From contig NC_092673.1 of assembly GCF_964355755.1 (NCBI RefSeq), positions 2,852,001 to 2,916,000 on the forward strand: a stretch of 64,000 nt of DNA, read 5' to 3'. The stretch comes from Antedon mediterranea (lineage: Eukaryota > Animalia > Echinodermata). Made by a program: the position numbers and the translations under genes. Position 1 is the stretch's first letter, and each line of letters begins with the position of its first letter. The notes below the pieces were generated by a model, which made no database searches, had not been told where the DNA came from, and saw only the letters and a program-made list of their open reading frames with translations. Of this stretch, positions 13,001-25,200 are shown piece after piece.

Positions 13001-16000
13001 AGTGTCCTCAGGGTATATTTTGACCTCTCGTTAAAACAGGTCGTAATATCAATCATGTCATGCGACGTTGCTAACAAGATTGGGTCCATTTATTGCTGCT
13101 TCGCTGCCAGCAATCATCCTCCTACCACGTCTTACGCCTAGCCTAGTGGGGCCAACTCGTAGGTGGTAGTAGGCCTCTATCATTTCCCACTCCAAACAGA
13201 ATAAAAAATAACATCGCAAAAATGGCATCTTCTTCCATATAGTGTATAGAGTGTATAGATGAAACAATGAAACCCTTAAAATAACTTTTATTAATTTAAA
13301 TGAAACGAGAACAAAATAAACACAATGCAAACGTGAACGAAGACAATAATGAAAATGGTAAAAACCGCGCGAATACATCGGACATACAGCGAGGAGGCGA
13401 CGATGATTGTTGACAACTCCGCCAATTCAAGCGATCAACCATTTGACCTTTTATCCTAGCATGCACTGCGTGTTGATGAAACTTCCGGTACAACACGGTA
13501 TCGTGATTTCTAGTATAACAGCAAACGTTAAGGTGGGTTGACCTCGGTCCGAACAACATGCTAAAAATTAAAGCCGTGTTCAAATTTAGGGTGTTGTATA
13601 AACACGACCATAGATTCTATATTTTCATTACTGTAACCGCTCGTCTTTGGAAATTTTTTAGGATTCAACGCAAGGACATAAGTGTCATGCAAGTTATTTG
13701 ACCAATCATGACACGATAGATCAGTCAACTGTTGCGCATTTGCATGCGGTGTGCAAGTGGAAACCAAACTTTAATTAAAGTATCTCCTTAGTTATTACAT
13801 GGAGCTATGTGGTTATTACCATAGGGACTTTACAAAACACGACAGGAAGCCACAGGACAGTGCTCATTAATAATTTAAGCATAAAGTGGGCGGAGCTTAG
13901 CGTGAAATTCCTCCCCCTACTGTTTTGTAAAGTCCCTAATATATTCTATTAGACCGCCAGCCCAGAGATATTTGGTTAAATGAACTAGGTACCAATGTCT
14001 CTGGGCTCCCTGTCTATATCCATAAATCTGTACTCACTATCTTTATAGAAAATATTTAAAAGAAGTCCAAATGTTCCAAGACTTGGATCTAAAAATAGAA
14101 TACAATATTTGTTTATAATAATTATAATAGTTTAACAGCATAAAATATATTTTTTAGTTCCAAGAATATAAATAAAAATATACTGTATATGTTTATATGG
14201 CATATTATCAATGATGAAAACTATGTTGAGGATAAAGCCTATATTCAATTTCAAATGCATTAAATACAGTCGGGAGAACAAAGACTAAATTAGTTATCAT
14301 ATAGAAAACTCAGATCTCAGATATATCTGAGTTTTCTAGATCTATAAAAATCAGATATCTGAGTTTTCTAGATCTAGAAAACTCAGATATATCTGAGATC
14401 TGAGTTTTCTAGATCTGAATTTTCTAGACACCCTCATATGTCTTACCTATTCCAATTGCCTTCATTTCACTGACCAATGGCGCGGCTTTCTGCCGTCCCT
14501 TACCACCCATCCTAGTCAGTCTCTCTAAAGTAGTGTTGAACGTCGCCAGAGTTGGTTGTACACCTTCAAGTTGCATTTGTTTCAACAATTGCTATGACAA
14601 CAGAAATATTATCCAGCTTCAATGATCCATGAGTAAGGTCAAGGGTCAAATCATTAGGTAGACAAGCTTATCACAAAACATTCTGCTTTTTTTTAACATG
14701 CCTTCTGCAACTGTTACCGTTTTTTATTTACCTACATCTTGTTAACTCTCTCTTTCTTTAACTCTGGTCTTTTTTAAAGTAAATAAATGTCACTTTGAAT
14801 TGAATTGAAATAACAGCAAAAACAGAAACGTTCACTTACTTCCATAATGACCCATTTCTGATTGTGATCATATCTTATAAATGCTGCAGCGTGTAATAGG
14901 CTTGTGTAGGCATCAACGTCGGTTTTAACACCCTTCTCTTGCATCTCGTTGTAAAGATGGAATGCCTTGGTAAATGCCCGATGCTGTAGCGTTAAATAAT
15001 ATATTCACACTGAATTGTACCTTAAGCTCTGTCTACACTAACAAAGTGTAGGTGACAAAATAATGTCATGTGAACATATATGGACATGATGTCATAGCAC
15101 TACTATATTTGGGAATATCACTACCATATTTGGGTACATTACATATTTTTAGTTTCATAGTGTAGACATAGCTTAAGACCACTGTGATAAGTGATTTCAA
15201 AGCAACTACATACTTTATTGAAGCGCAATGGACTAGTACAACAACTTTCATCTCCCCAAATGGTTTTGTTGTGTTGAGATGCCACCAAATTAATTTGTCC
15301 ACAACCCCACAGGGGCTGAGATGGACAGTACACCGGCTAACTCCTACTCTTTCAAAAGATGTACGGCTGTTAATGTTATGAAGTACATCTTACCTTCACC
15401 ATTCCTTGTATCATTGTGTTGTAACTTCTATCATCTTTCTCCATATTTTCAAACAATTCTTCGGCTGGATTGCCATCTCTACACAGAAAATAAAGTCCAA
15501 ATATTTTAATAGTGGGTGACGGTGTACAGTGATCTGGTGTACAGGTTCCTAGGTGTAATAAGGCTCTGTCTACCATATCAAACTAGTGTGATGTGCCCAA
15601 ATATGGTAGTGATCTGCCCAAATATGGTAGTGATCTACCCAAATATGGTAGTGATCTGCCCAAGTATGGTAGTGATCTGACATCTTTATGTCAATATTAT
15701 GGGCACATCACATTTTCTTGTCACATAAAGTTTGATAGTGTAGACAGAGCCTTTGCTAGTGTCATGTTTGTCTCATGAATTGTTAATACTTACACCCATA
15801 TGTTGCCTCCTTTGTATTTTTTACTGTCATTTTTACCACTTTCTTCTACCTCCAACTCCTCTTCTTGCGTTTCTTCCTATAAACAATAATTATATAAACA
15901 ATGTAGTAATTTAATATTTAAAATATAATAGCATTACCACACATCATTTTCACAATATAAATTATTTCTTGACTCAAAAACTGTTAAAAAGTATAAATAA

Positions 16001-18594
16001 CAAAATAAACTGTCATGTAAAATGATCTATGAGAATATTTTGACTTAATCTCCAATTTAAATTTGAATAGTGGGGAAGTGTTGTATCCGAGTGAGAACTT
16101 TCGTTGTCAACATGAAGATTCATTGAGTACTTTTGTTGTTGTTTGTACAAATTGTAAACAGATTGTGCTCAACAGAAAATCATTTGAATAGAAAACGTTA
16201 ACAACTCAAAATACTCCTGTTAATACTAATACTTAATGGAAAAACTGCACTCAGCGGTTCAAGTCCAAATCGAATACGACAAATACCGTAAATTAATAAG
16301 ATATCTTGAATATAATAATGAATTAGTATACGTACCACCATCAAGCTTTTCTCAATATCATCAAATTCATTTGGGGGATTTTTACTGCCATAGTAACAAA
16401 GTAGATCTAAAAGTTCATTATTGATTTCTGATGATACTTTAACATCTAAAAAAAGTTTAATAAAAATAGAAAAACATTAATATAAAAAATGTCGAGTTAT
16501 ATTTTAGCATTCTCTCTTGACAAAAACTTGTATGTGCTTTACATATGCTCATTTCGACAATTCATTGTGCTTTGGAAGACTTTAGGGCACATAATTTTTA
16601 GACCTTTGCTTTATAGTGCAGTATTCAGATTCAACAATATTCTCTCAGACAGTATTTGATAATTGACATCATATTTCATACATACCAGCATCTGAAAGCT
16701 GTTTATGCATGGCCAAAGCTTCAGTAACATCTCGTCGAATGATTCTCTCCAAGAGGGCGGTTTCACTTGGTTCTTGCGTTGTATACTCACCTATTGGGTG
16801 ATAGTTCTACAAATGAAGAATAATCTTATGCCATGAAATAATGTTTCTATTGATAAGATATCCCTTTATAAACCTACTGTAACTGTATAATAAGTATGAT
16901 GTTTCCTGAAATTAAAACAGTAATTTACAATTTACATACACAAAAAAGATAATATTATTGTATAATACCTCAATTCGTGGTTCATCATGCTGATAGGCTT
17001 TAAATAGTTCTGGGTATTTATTTAAGATGTACCTTGCTGTTCGTTTGCCAGACTCCTTTGACAATAAATATCTCCGCTAAAAAGAGAATTAAATCATTTA
17101 AGATGCCAATTTAGATAATACTGGATAATTTATTTACTCCAAAAATTATATTCAAATATAACAAAATGTGTACAACTACTCCTAAAAGAATTCTCCTGGC
17201 ATCGTATATGGAAAATACTTTGAGTGTCTCTAATATTCAGTATTTTTTGTGTGTATATATTTGCCAAAGATAACCATACGCAAATTCATTCACTATCCTT
17301 CTCAAAGGTGGCAATCCTGTTAATAAGACAAACATATACACAAGATGCTCTATATAAACAAAGTCTTTGGGAGTGGAGTTGTAAATCGTCATTAGAAAAA
17401 ATCGTGACATGACATTAACCCAGGATTGTTAACCAAGCATCATAACCACCAAGCATACAAAGATGCCATGGATATGTTACCATAGTGCCTCAAGCTACTA
17501 CCCATGATGGAGACCAAATGAAACCATTACCCGTTCACTGACTGTTCTTGGAAGAAGGTATGCATCATCTATGTAGCCATATGGAAAAGCAGTTGGATCC
17601 TGAAAGATAAAGATGGTTCATTATACAGAATATAATACCAGGGACTCCCTGTTTGAAAGTCTTTTGCTACAGCAACGTTTACTATAATATCATCATATTG
17701 AGTTAAATAAATATAATCTTTCTAATGGTAAATCAATAAACTTATATAAAATATATCAAATCACGTCTTATTATATAAAAATGCTTTTATTTTGACAGAA
17801 AGTTTAGTTACTATCTATTAATAGCGAGCCTTGCTTTAAACGATCTTTAATTAATTAATAAAGACAGCTAGTGTAATCAACAACATGGAGACATACTTTC
17901 CCAACCGTTTGAGACAAGGTTTTTAGTACTGTCAGTGAATCTCTATAAAAAAACAAAAGAAAGTTTGTTAGATTTGTATAGAGAATAATAATAATAATGT
18001 CAGTAGTGTAAGCCTGGCTATACAGTATTTACTAAATTTAGAAAGAATACACAACACTTAGTAATTTACCTTTTTATTTTCTTTGGAATTACAATTTTGT
18101 CTTCTGTTTGCACTCCTTTTGACACACATGATGTAAGATAACTGTTCCTTGATCTTGTATATATAAAAAGAAAATAGTTAATAACAAAACAAAGTGAATG
18201 CTGCCTTTACGCCTAAAGTAGGATTAGGCCTATGTCAAGTTTTGCCCGTACGTTACTGAAGAGTTTGCAGTTATGACGATGGAGGGACAAATGAGCTAGT
18301 TCTCAATGTCCGAAGTTCAAGGTAATTCAAGGTAGGTCGAAACGACCAGATTTGTATATGCACATGGCGAAAACCACGCCGACGAGCCTCGCTACCCCTA
18401 ACAACTTTCTTTGCGGTACTGGCTGGCTCAACCTCTGTCTCTAATAGACCGTTTAAAATATTGCTTTTTAAAAGTATTATTACTAAATATAAGAATAACA
18501 TTTTAAAACCATAATTAGATACTTACGTCATGAACAGAGGCTGAAATATTATCTTTTTGTTACAAGCACAAAAACACCGAATGGGCGCCGCCAT
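7001..18594 (-). CDS. PTCD3: Pentatricopeptide repeat domain-containing protein 3, mitochondrial ribosomal protein mS39 (multi-exon)
   Basis: Start MAAPIRCFC (18594). Spliced N-terminus KIVIPKKIKRDSLTVLKTLSQTVGKDPTAFPYGYIDDAYLLP resembles PTCD3 as recalled. PPR-like exons near 15394-15477, 14841-14984 and 14447-14590. Last exon ends EADIAI-TAG at 7001. Confidence 0.9.
7225..7567. mobile_element. TTAA-flanked non-autonomous DNA transposon (Kolobok-like); related fragments near 3557-3860, 31000-31190 and 52567-52880
   Basis: TTAA-AGATAT(A)TTGTC(T)CCC ... GGGGACAATATATCT-TTAA. Internal ATTGTCTGACAGACAATTTAAGTATTTTTTGC is shared with 31051-31100. Confidence 0.7.
9227..9267 (-). ncRNA. Minimal type I hammerhead ribozyme motif (U3-A8 variant)
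   Basis: Minus strand reads TACC-TTGAAAA-A-GTGCG-ATGCTAA-TGCAC-GAAA-CGTT-GGTA; one G-U pair in stem II. Confidence 0.65.
9487..9527 (+). ncRNA. Minimal type I hammerhead ribozyme motif (U3-A8 variant)
   Basis: TACC-TTGAAAA-A-GTGCG-ATGCTAA-CGCAC-GAAA-CGTT-GGTA: stem I TACC/GGTA, stem II GTGCG/CGCAC, palindromic loopless stem III ACGT, GUU cleavage triplet. Confidence 0.7.
10988..11031 (+). ncRNA. Degenerate minimal hammerhead motif (probable Penelope-like LTR relic)
   Basis: GCAC-CTGAAGA-T-TGAGT-TCAT-ACTTA-T-GAAA-CAGCCTGTA-GTGC, followed directly by AATAAA. Confidence 0.5.
11568..11910 (-). mobile_element. Degenerate SINE with a 5S rRNA-derived head and a Deu/Meta-like central domain
   Basis: Minus strand 11910-11803 resembles 5S rRNA (TACGGTCATAC...GATC...AAGTTAA...TGGATGGGAAACCGTCTGGAA). 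It is followed by an A-box-like TGGTGTAATGAT and CTTCGGATGGGATGTAAAGCCGTTGGTCCCGTGT. Confidence 0.5.
12835..13609. mobile_element. 775-bp non-autonomous TIR element (PIF/Harbinger-like) nested in a family C MITE
   Basis: Imperfect TIRs GGGCGCGTTTATACAACAC / GTGTTGTATAAACACGACC with ATA duplication. The flanks rejoin to match the intact MITE at 24281-24481. Confidence 0.75.
13822..13938. mobile_element. Small MITE
   Basis: TIR TAGGGACTTTACAAAACA / TGTTTTGTAAAGTCCCTA. Confidence 0.6.
14302..14411. repeat. Spacerless palindrome of about 110 bp
   Basis: Alternating-orientation TCTAGAAAACTCAGAT units centred on 14356/14357; two mismatches. Confidence 0.85.
15561..15751. mobile_element. MITE family A copy with four internal 21-bp units
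   Basis: Family A TIRs and (CCCAAATATGGTAGTGATCTG)x4. Confidence 0.85.
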
Positions 18595-18666
18595 TTTGTA
18601 AATTAATATTGCCCTCTATTGTCATATTGCACACAAAAAAACAGCAGACGACACAAGAGTGACAAT
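18595..18666. promoter_or_regulatory. Very short divergent intergenic region, PTCD3/DDRGK1
   Basis: 72 bp between opposing ATGs. A YY1-like CGCCATTTT overlaps the PTCD3 start. Confidence 0.65.
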
Positions 18667-21600
18667 ATGGATGCGATAATTATTCTGTTAGCATTAGGTT
18701 CAGTTTTTGTAGGTTTAATTCTATTAATTGTCACAAAATTTAGAAGAAAAGGTAACTAATATATACATAGTTGATAGTTATTACTCATTACCTTATATTT
18801 CTGTCCTATCTAGGCTCCTAACTGGCTAGAGGCTAGGCCCTGCCCAGCCGCCGGACAGGAGGAGTAAAGTCGAGCGCACCTGCACCACCTCCCCAGACCT
18901 AGGCCTATACAGTATAGTACTAGAGATAAGCCAGCCATAATGATAGTAGACCAGGCCTCGCCCTAGCCATGCGTCTAATGCCTTGTTTCCTTCCAGTCGA
19001 CCATGAAACTTTTTTATTTTATAGAAATAGGCCTATGTGTAAGTTTTGCTACCAATTTTTACAAATGTTTAAAAAACTTCTTATTTAGAATAAAAAAGAA
19101 TTGAAGCAATTGAAGGCCTTAACAATATTAATAATTATATTAATTTTTTCTTTTTAGTTGTAGTAAAAAAACCTGCAGTGGTTGCTCGACCAGTGCCTGT
19201 AGACCGTGAAGATGTTGCAGGAGGTATTCATATTTAATTATGTTTTATTTACTGCAATAAACCTCCCTTATATTTTCAATCTGGTTTTATTTACCACTGT
19301 AATAATACAATAATGGCCAAACTAATTCATTTTAGGAGTTAGAAGAGGGGCAAGGAGAAGACCACGGCGGATGGTGAGGGAACAACCTGAGGAAGAAATA
19401 GGCGTAGAAGATGATGATGACCATGAAGGTAAAAAAATGTAGTACCAATTTTAAACATTTTTTGTTTGTCTGTTTATAATTTTCCAGGAAAAACCATATA
19501 TTCTAATATTTCCAACAAGCAAGCTGTTTATGTGTTACAGATGCACAAATCTCAATTATTAAATGCTCTTCTACTCATCTATTCAGAATCGATAAACTTA
19601 TTTAAAAAACACAACATCATAAACTTGTAGATACATTGCTTTAATAATGTTCATTTTGTTTGATTTAGAAATGGATCCAGATGAATTTCTTACATTTGAT
19701 GACAAAAATATGGGTAAAAAGAAGCGAGAAAAGATGGAAAAGAAAATGGAAAGACGAAAAATGAGAGAGGTAATTGTTAACAGATAATAAATAATGTTTT
19801 TTATGAACACATATATGAAATATATGAAGATATCACCAACATATATATCAGAAATTAATTAATTAATATTCATTTTTATAATTAATATTCATTTTGTAGA
19901 TGGAAGCAGAGGAACGACTAGAAAAGAAAGAAAGAGAAGAAAGATTAATGGAAGAGCGTAGACATGAAGCCGAACTTGAAGAGTTAGAGGAAAAAAAGAA
20001 GGTATGAAAACGCTGGAAATATGTAGTGCTACTCGGTTTTAATTCTTATTTTTTTATAAACATCACAAGCACAGAATAAATTCTAATTCGCCAGGTGATA
20101 TACTGATATTTTATTAATTTGAAACGATAAAGATGAGAAAATCTGTTAGAATGAAAAAAAATTCGCCCCAACCGAGATTCTAACCCGGAACCTTCTGCTT
20201 GATATGCAGATATACTAACCATTAAACCACTGGGGCTTTCATGGTATTGTTCAAATTCGCTTGGATAGCAACTCTTTAACACTCTCAGGAGTAGTACGGC
20301 AGAACTGCACTCGTTCCTTAACTGTACGCACACGCACTAAAGATCAAATTGATATACCCTCATCTTTCAGTATATTCATTCACAGGATCTCCGAAGAGCT
20401 ACTTTTACATATATAAACATCACAGGCACAGAATAAATTGATGTGGTATACTAAAATTTTATTAATTAATTTTATATATATATTTTCATAGGAAGAAGAG
20501 GAACGGTTGAAGAAGGAGGAGGAAGAAAAACGACAGCATGAAGAATATTTAATATTAAAAGAGAGTTTTACTGTTGAGGAAGAAGGGCAAGAGAAGGCTA
20601 TGTCTTTAGATGAGGTAGGTATCATAAAAGTACATTACTTCTTAACTAATGATTTAGCAAGGCCGTAGTGAGAGGTTAAAAACAGACGAGCCAAAGATGC
20701 TTTAAATTTAATTATTAATATAAAATATGACAATATGTGGTGGGGAATTGGGGTGGGTGTTGAAAAACAAGTGCCTTTTCTGCCTCATGCTTTCTACGGC
20801 GCTGATTTATTGGCAATGTTTGTTTACCTAGATTCGAATCTTGTATCTAACTGAATGTTACAACCAATTTTGTTATTTCAGGCAGAAAACTTGCTACAGA
20901 AATTTGTTGATTATATAAAGCAAAAGAAAGTAGTCATTTTAGAAGACCTTGCTGCAGAGTTCTTCATGAGAACACAGGTAATTTGTCAACTTATATTTAC
21001 AACAGTATCTGAGTGAGTGAGAGGCAGAGCGGTTAAGACAGTGGAACCGTAATTACGTAGCCATAACATCGGCAGGGGTTCGAGGCTCACTCACTCCATG
21101 GTTCTGGTGGTAGAACGAGTCTTCTCGGATAAGGACTATAAACCGTAGGTCCAGTGTACACATCTAGCTCGTGTGCACTTTAAAGAACCTATTACATCTT
21201 TCTAAACGAGTAGGAGGTTATCCCGGTGTATTAGTACATCACAGCCACTGTTCACCAACTGGGCCCTCTGGGAGACCAGTCTTTGACTGAAGAGGTTACC
21301 CAGTATAAATATATATTTCAATCAATCAATTTCAATCAATTTATTTATTTTATATATTTTATATTTGTGTAACATGTTGTTTTACATCTTTCTCAATTTC
21401 TACAATTTGTTTTGATTTCTATTATAAAACATACAAAATGCATAACTGTGTGGTAGACAATATAGGTATATCTGAAACCGTGTGTTATATTAATAATTTA
21501 ATATCTTTGTTTTATAATCAGGATGCCATTAAACGTGTCCAGGAACTTCAAGAGGAAGGTCGATTAACTGGTGTTGTGGACGACCGTGGAAAGTTTATTT

Positions 21601-21743
21601 ACATATCTCAAGATGAACTAGATGGTTTTGCAAGATTTATCCGCCAGCGAGGGCGTGTGTCAATTACTGAACTTGCTGAAGCTAGTAATACGTTGATCAA
21701 TCTTCAACCAGACATAATCAACTTAGAACAGATTGTTAGTTGA
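18667..21743 (+). CDS. DDRGK1: DDRGK domain-containing protein 1 (UFBP1); exons about 18667-18751, 19158-19223, 19336-19428, 19669-19769, 19900-20001, 20492-20614, 20882-20977, 21522-21743
   Basis: N-terminal TM anchor, Glu/Lys/Arg-rich coiled coil, [20 protein letters not shown] and [15 protein letters not shown] signature. Confidence 0.95.
20165..20236 (-). pseudogene. tRNA-like sequence inside a dispersed repeat (second partial copy at 50657-50812)
   Basis: Acceptor stem GCCCCAG/TTGGGGC, anticodon arm TCTGC-ATATCAA-GCAGA, T arm CCGGG-TTAGAAT-CTCGG (non-canonical loop), followed by oligo-T. Confidence 0.55.
21011..21310 (+). mobile_element. tRNA-derived SINE (related copies at about 39500-39790 +, 60711-60925 -, 51964-52205 -)
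   Basis: A-box GGCAGAGCGG and B-box GGTTCGAGGC. Body TCTCGGATAAGGACTATAAACCGTAGGTCCAGTGTACAC is shared among copies. A/T-rich tail. Confidence 0.75.
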
Positions 21744-22019
21744 GGTATAATGCTGCTTTTAATATCTAATGTTTAAATATGTTTTTTAGTGCCTGTATAC
21801 TTTAGTTTGGCCTTCCATAGCTATCATCGTTTATGAAATTAACAAATAAATAAAATACATAATGTAATATGCATACTCTACTTTATACATTTATTCCACC
21901 AAAGAAAGAAAAATATAATTTAAATCTCATTTTTGATCAGATTAGAATGAGAGGAAGATTTTTCAGGATTTCAGTCAGACTCGAAATCTATTAAATAATG
22001 GTGAACAGAAGAAGAGTAA

Positions 22020-22178
22020 AGCTCTGTCTACACTATTAAACTAGTTTGACAAAAAAGTGTGATGTGCCCAAATATGGTAGTAATATCCCCAAATATGGTA
22101 GTGATATGACATCACCATGTCCATATATGTGCACATCACATTTTGTTGTCACATAATGTTTGATAGTGTAGACAGAGC
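22020..22178. mobile_element. MITE family A copy between the convergent DDRGK1 and T-box 3' ends
   Basis: Family A TIRs and internal units. Confidence 0.85.
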
Positions 22179-22239
22179 TTTATAATTACAGAGAAAAAGA
22201 AGGGATTATGAGAATATTAAAACATTTACTATTTGTCTC

Positions 22240-25200
22240 TTATTTACTGTTAAGTTCATTATTGTTAAGCACCACATTACTAACAGTTGAGTTGAGTTTG
22301 TCACTGGAAGCACCAACATAAAAAGCAGGAACACGAATCATTGGATGTTTTCGTTTTCTTTCATTTAAATCGTTATGTTCATTCTTGACGTCATCATTAT
22401 GCACACTCGTAACGCTTTCATTTACAGTGTTTGCACATTCCTTCTCCTCATCATGTTTACGTTGATCTTGTTCTTCCTTCAGTTGAATTGTTGTTGGTTT
22501 AATTATCTTAGATTTTTTTAACCGTTCTTGGTATTTTGCACTCTTACTTAAGTCAAACCATTCATTTATGTCGTGATTTAATTTCTTGACCTTGTTGTAA
22601 TGGCCTGGGTACGAATCGTTGAATGGTGCGACGGCTGGCAATGATCGCAGATAGGAAGCGTATGGGTAGTTACGATTGAAATAATGTTTTCGTTGACCAA
22701 TGTAATAATCCATATACGTGTTAAGAGGGTAGTTGCTGTGATGACGTAGTGCCTGGAAGCGATGTTCTTGCGATAATTTTAACCGTTGATCATCGGTAAA
22801 GTAATGTATTCGTCTGTCACGTTGGTGTAGTTCAGGTATTCGATACGCGGTTGGCCGTGACAGTATAGCATTTCTAATTTGCCCATCTGTAGAGGAAATA
22901 AGAATTGCGATTTGTGTGATAGAAAATATCTTTATCAAAACAAATATTGTTTGACAAAACCTGATTACTAATTCTAACAATCATCTTAAGTATATCGCTC
23001 ACTAATAAAAGAAAACGATAGCTACTCGCGGAAAATGTATTATTTTCATATTCAAGTTACAAACCAGATATTTTTTCACTCAATTTAAAAATGCCTTTTT
23101 CTTAATGTCCGTATTTTAAAATCAATTGTTAAGTTTCTAGAACTTTGTTAAGCCGATGTTTTTTTTCGATCCGGCAATTGAATAATAAGCATACCTGTTT
23201 CATTACCATACATGGCATTGATGGCTGCGGTCGGATTCCCTGCCAACATACACGCTCCTTCAATGATTCTAAAATGGAAACAATCATATTAGTTATCACA
23301 AATAAGTGCCTTAAGGCCCTTTTATACTTGGACGATCGACGATAAATAAAAGTGCATACATTTTTATTAAATATTAAATCAAAAGAAATTAGAAAGATTT
23401 TTGTTCTAGAACTATTAGAATAACCATTTATGCTGTCTTTGAAAATCCAATCAAGTGATGTCATGATCAATAAAAACAATAAAATCGTTGTATTGTCACG
23501 ATATTATTGCTCTTACTAATCATGACATCATTTGATTGGACGTGTGAAAATATTATTTTCATCGAAGGCAGATTATGCTATTATCCTATAGTTCTAGGAT
23601 AACAACTTTTTAGATTTTTTTTTTTTAAATATATATTTATATCGTCACGTCCTAGTGTAAATGGGCATTTACGGATTGCCCTATAGATCTTTAAAAGACC
23701 ATCTGGCTAAATGAAAACAAAATTCCTTAAGATGATGAGTTCGTTTTTAGGCCCACCATTCTCAATAAGTTATATTATTTCCATCAATAATGTTAACACA
23801 ATACATACGCAGTGACGTCAGTATCACGGAAAGCCTTGGCGAATGGATTATTATGTATTTTCAACTGAGTGATGTTTTCATTCTGGTAGGCTGTCACTGC
23901 CACAAAGCTGGTGATGTCAAATGCAAAGTGTACAGCTTTATTCAATTCAATGTCTTCTTCTTCATTTGGTTCTTCTGTTATAACAATCCATGGTTTGTAT
24001 TTGTGCATCGAATGAAGAATAACTTGCTACAAGGAAAGGAAAAAACAAAACAATAAGTCAATACATTTATAGGGCCTACATAAAATGGATAAGCGTAAAG
24101 CTTGGTTCCCACTAGAATGTAACGCAAGGACGTAAACGCAACGCAAGCGTTTTGACCAATGACAAGCGAAGTTATAGACAGTTAGCAATCACAAGCGCAT
24201 AAGCCATCGCTTGTGATTGGTCAATTCTCTTGCGTTGCGTTACGTCCTTGCGTTGCGTCGCTAGTGGGAACCACGCTTTTAGGCCAATTTACACAGACGA
24301 TCCGAGCGGTAACGGTATAAGCGGAAAACCGCGTAGCTTGTCCCACGTAGAATCTGTATCTATCCTGAGCGGTAACCGTCCGTCCACTCCGCGTTGTGTG
24401 TAAATGGTAATAAGGAATAACATAGATTCTATATATTTATATTATATATTACCGTTACCGCTTGCCTGTGTAAATTGGCATTTAACTGGAATCCGTGCGG
24501 TTTTAAGTCTTATTATTTTCTGCAGTTCTCTTATTCCTTCCTGGAATATTTCGTTATTTATTTAATTTATTTGTTGTATTTAAAACGAGTGTGTAAGTAT
24601 TTTTCTGTATTCCAAAATTGTATACCTCCATGTTCAAATTAACATGTTTTTACATACTACTAGACTATTATTAAAAATGTTAATAATGAGAAGAAAATGA
24701 TGTACTATTCAACCATGGAGGTATATTTATACCTCCATGATTCAACTCACCCTCGAATCTTTGGTATCTTTATTGTTAGTGATCTTTAACTTAGCAAAGC
24801 ATATCTCATGTTTCATCCAATATGCCCCGGTATTTGGTGAATCGGCGTGCAGTTTTAGGCTGTTGACATTGTCCATATCGGCTAGCCCTACCGGGATCCA
24901 TTTGGAATTTATGAACTTGTACCGCCGATCGTCTTCACTCCGAATATCGATTTTCACCGAGTATTTTTTCTTTGGATCCATACCCTTGATCCTAATATTA
25001 ACGTATGGAAACATTCGCCTAAAAAATTAATAAATAAGAGTAATTATTTAACACGTGAAAACTTCAAAATAAAAAATAACTTAAGCTCTGTCTACACTAT
25101 CAAATTTTGTGAGAAAAAAGTGTGATGTGCCCAAATATGGTAGTGATATGCTCAAATGTGGTAGTGTTAAAACATCATCATGTCCATATTATGGGCCCAT

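Noticed and set aside
15593-15778. PKYGSDL-repeat peptides in several short ORFs
   Set aside because: Translation of the MITE A internal unit.
18391-18402. GCTACCCCTAAC as a telomerase RNA template
   Set aside because: Does not match CTAACCCTAA, and no supporting structure was seen.
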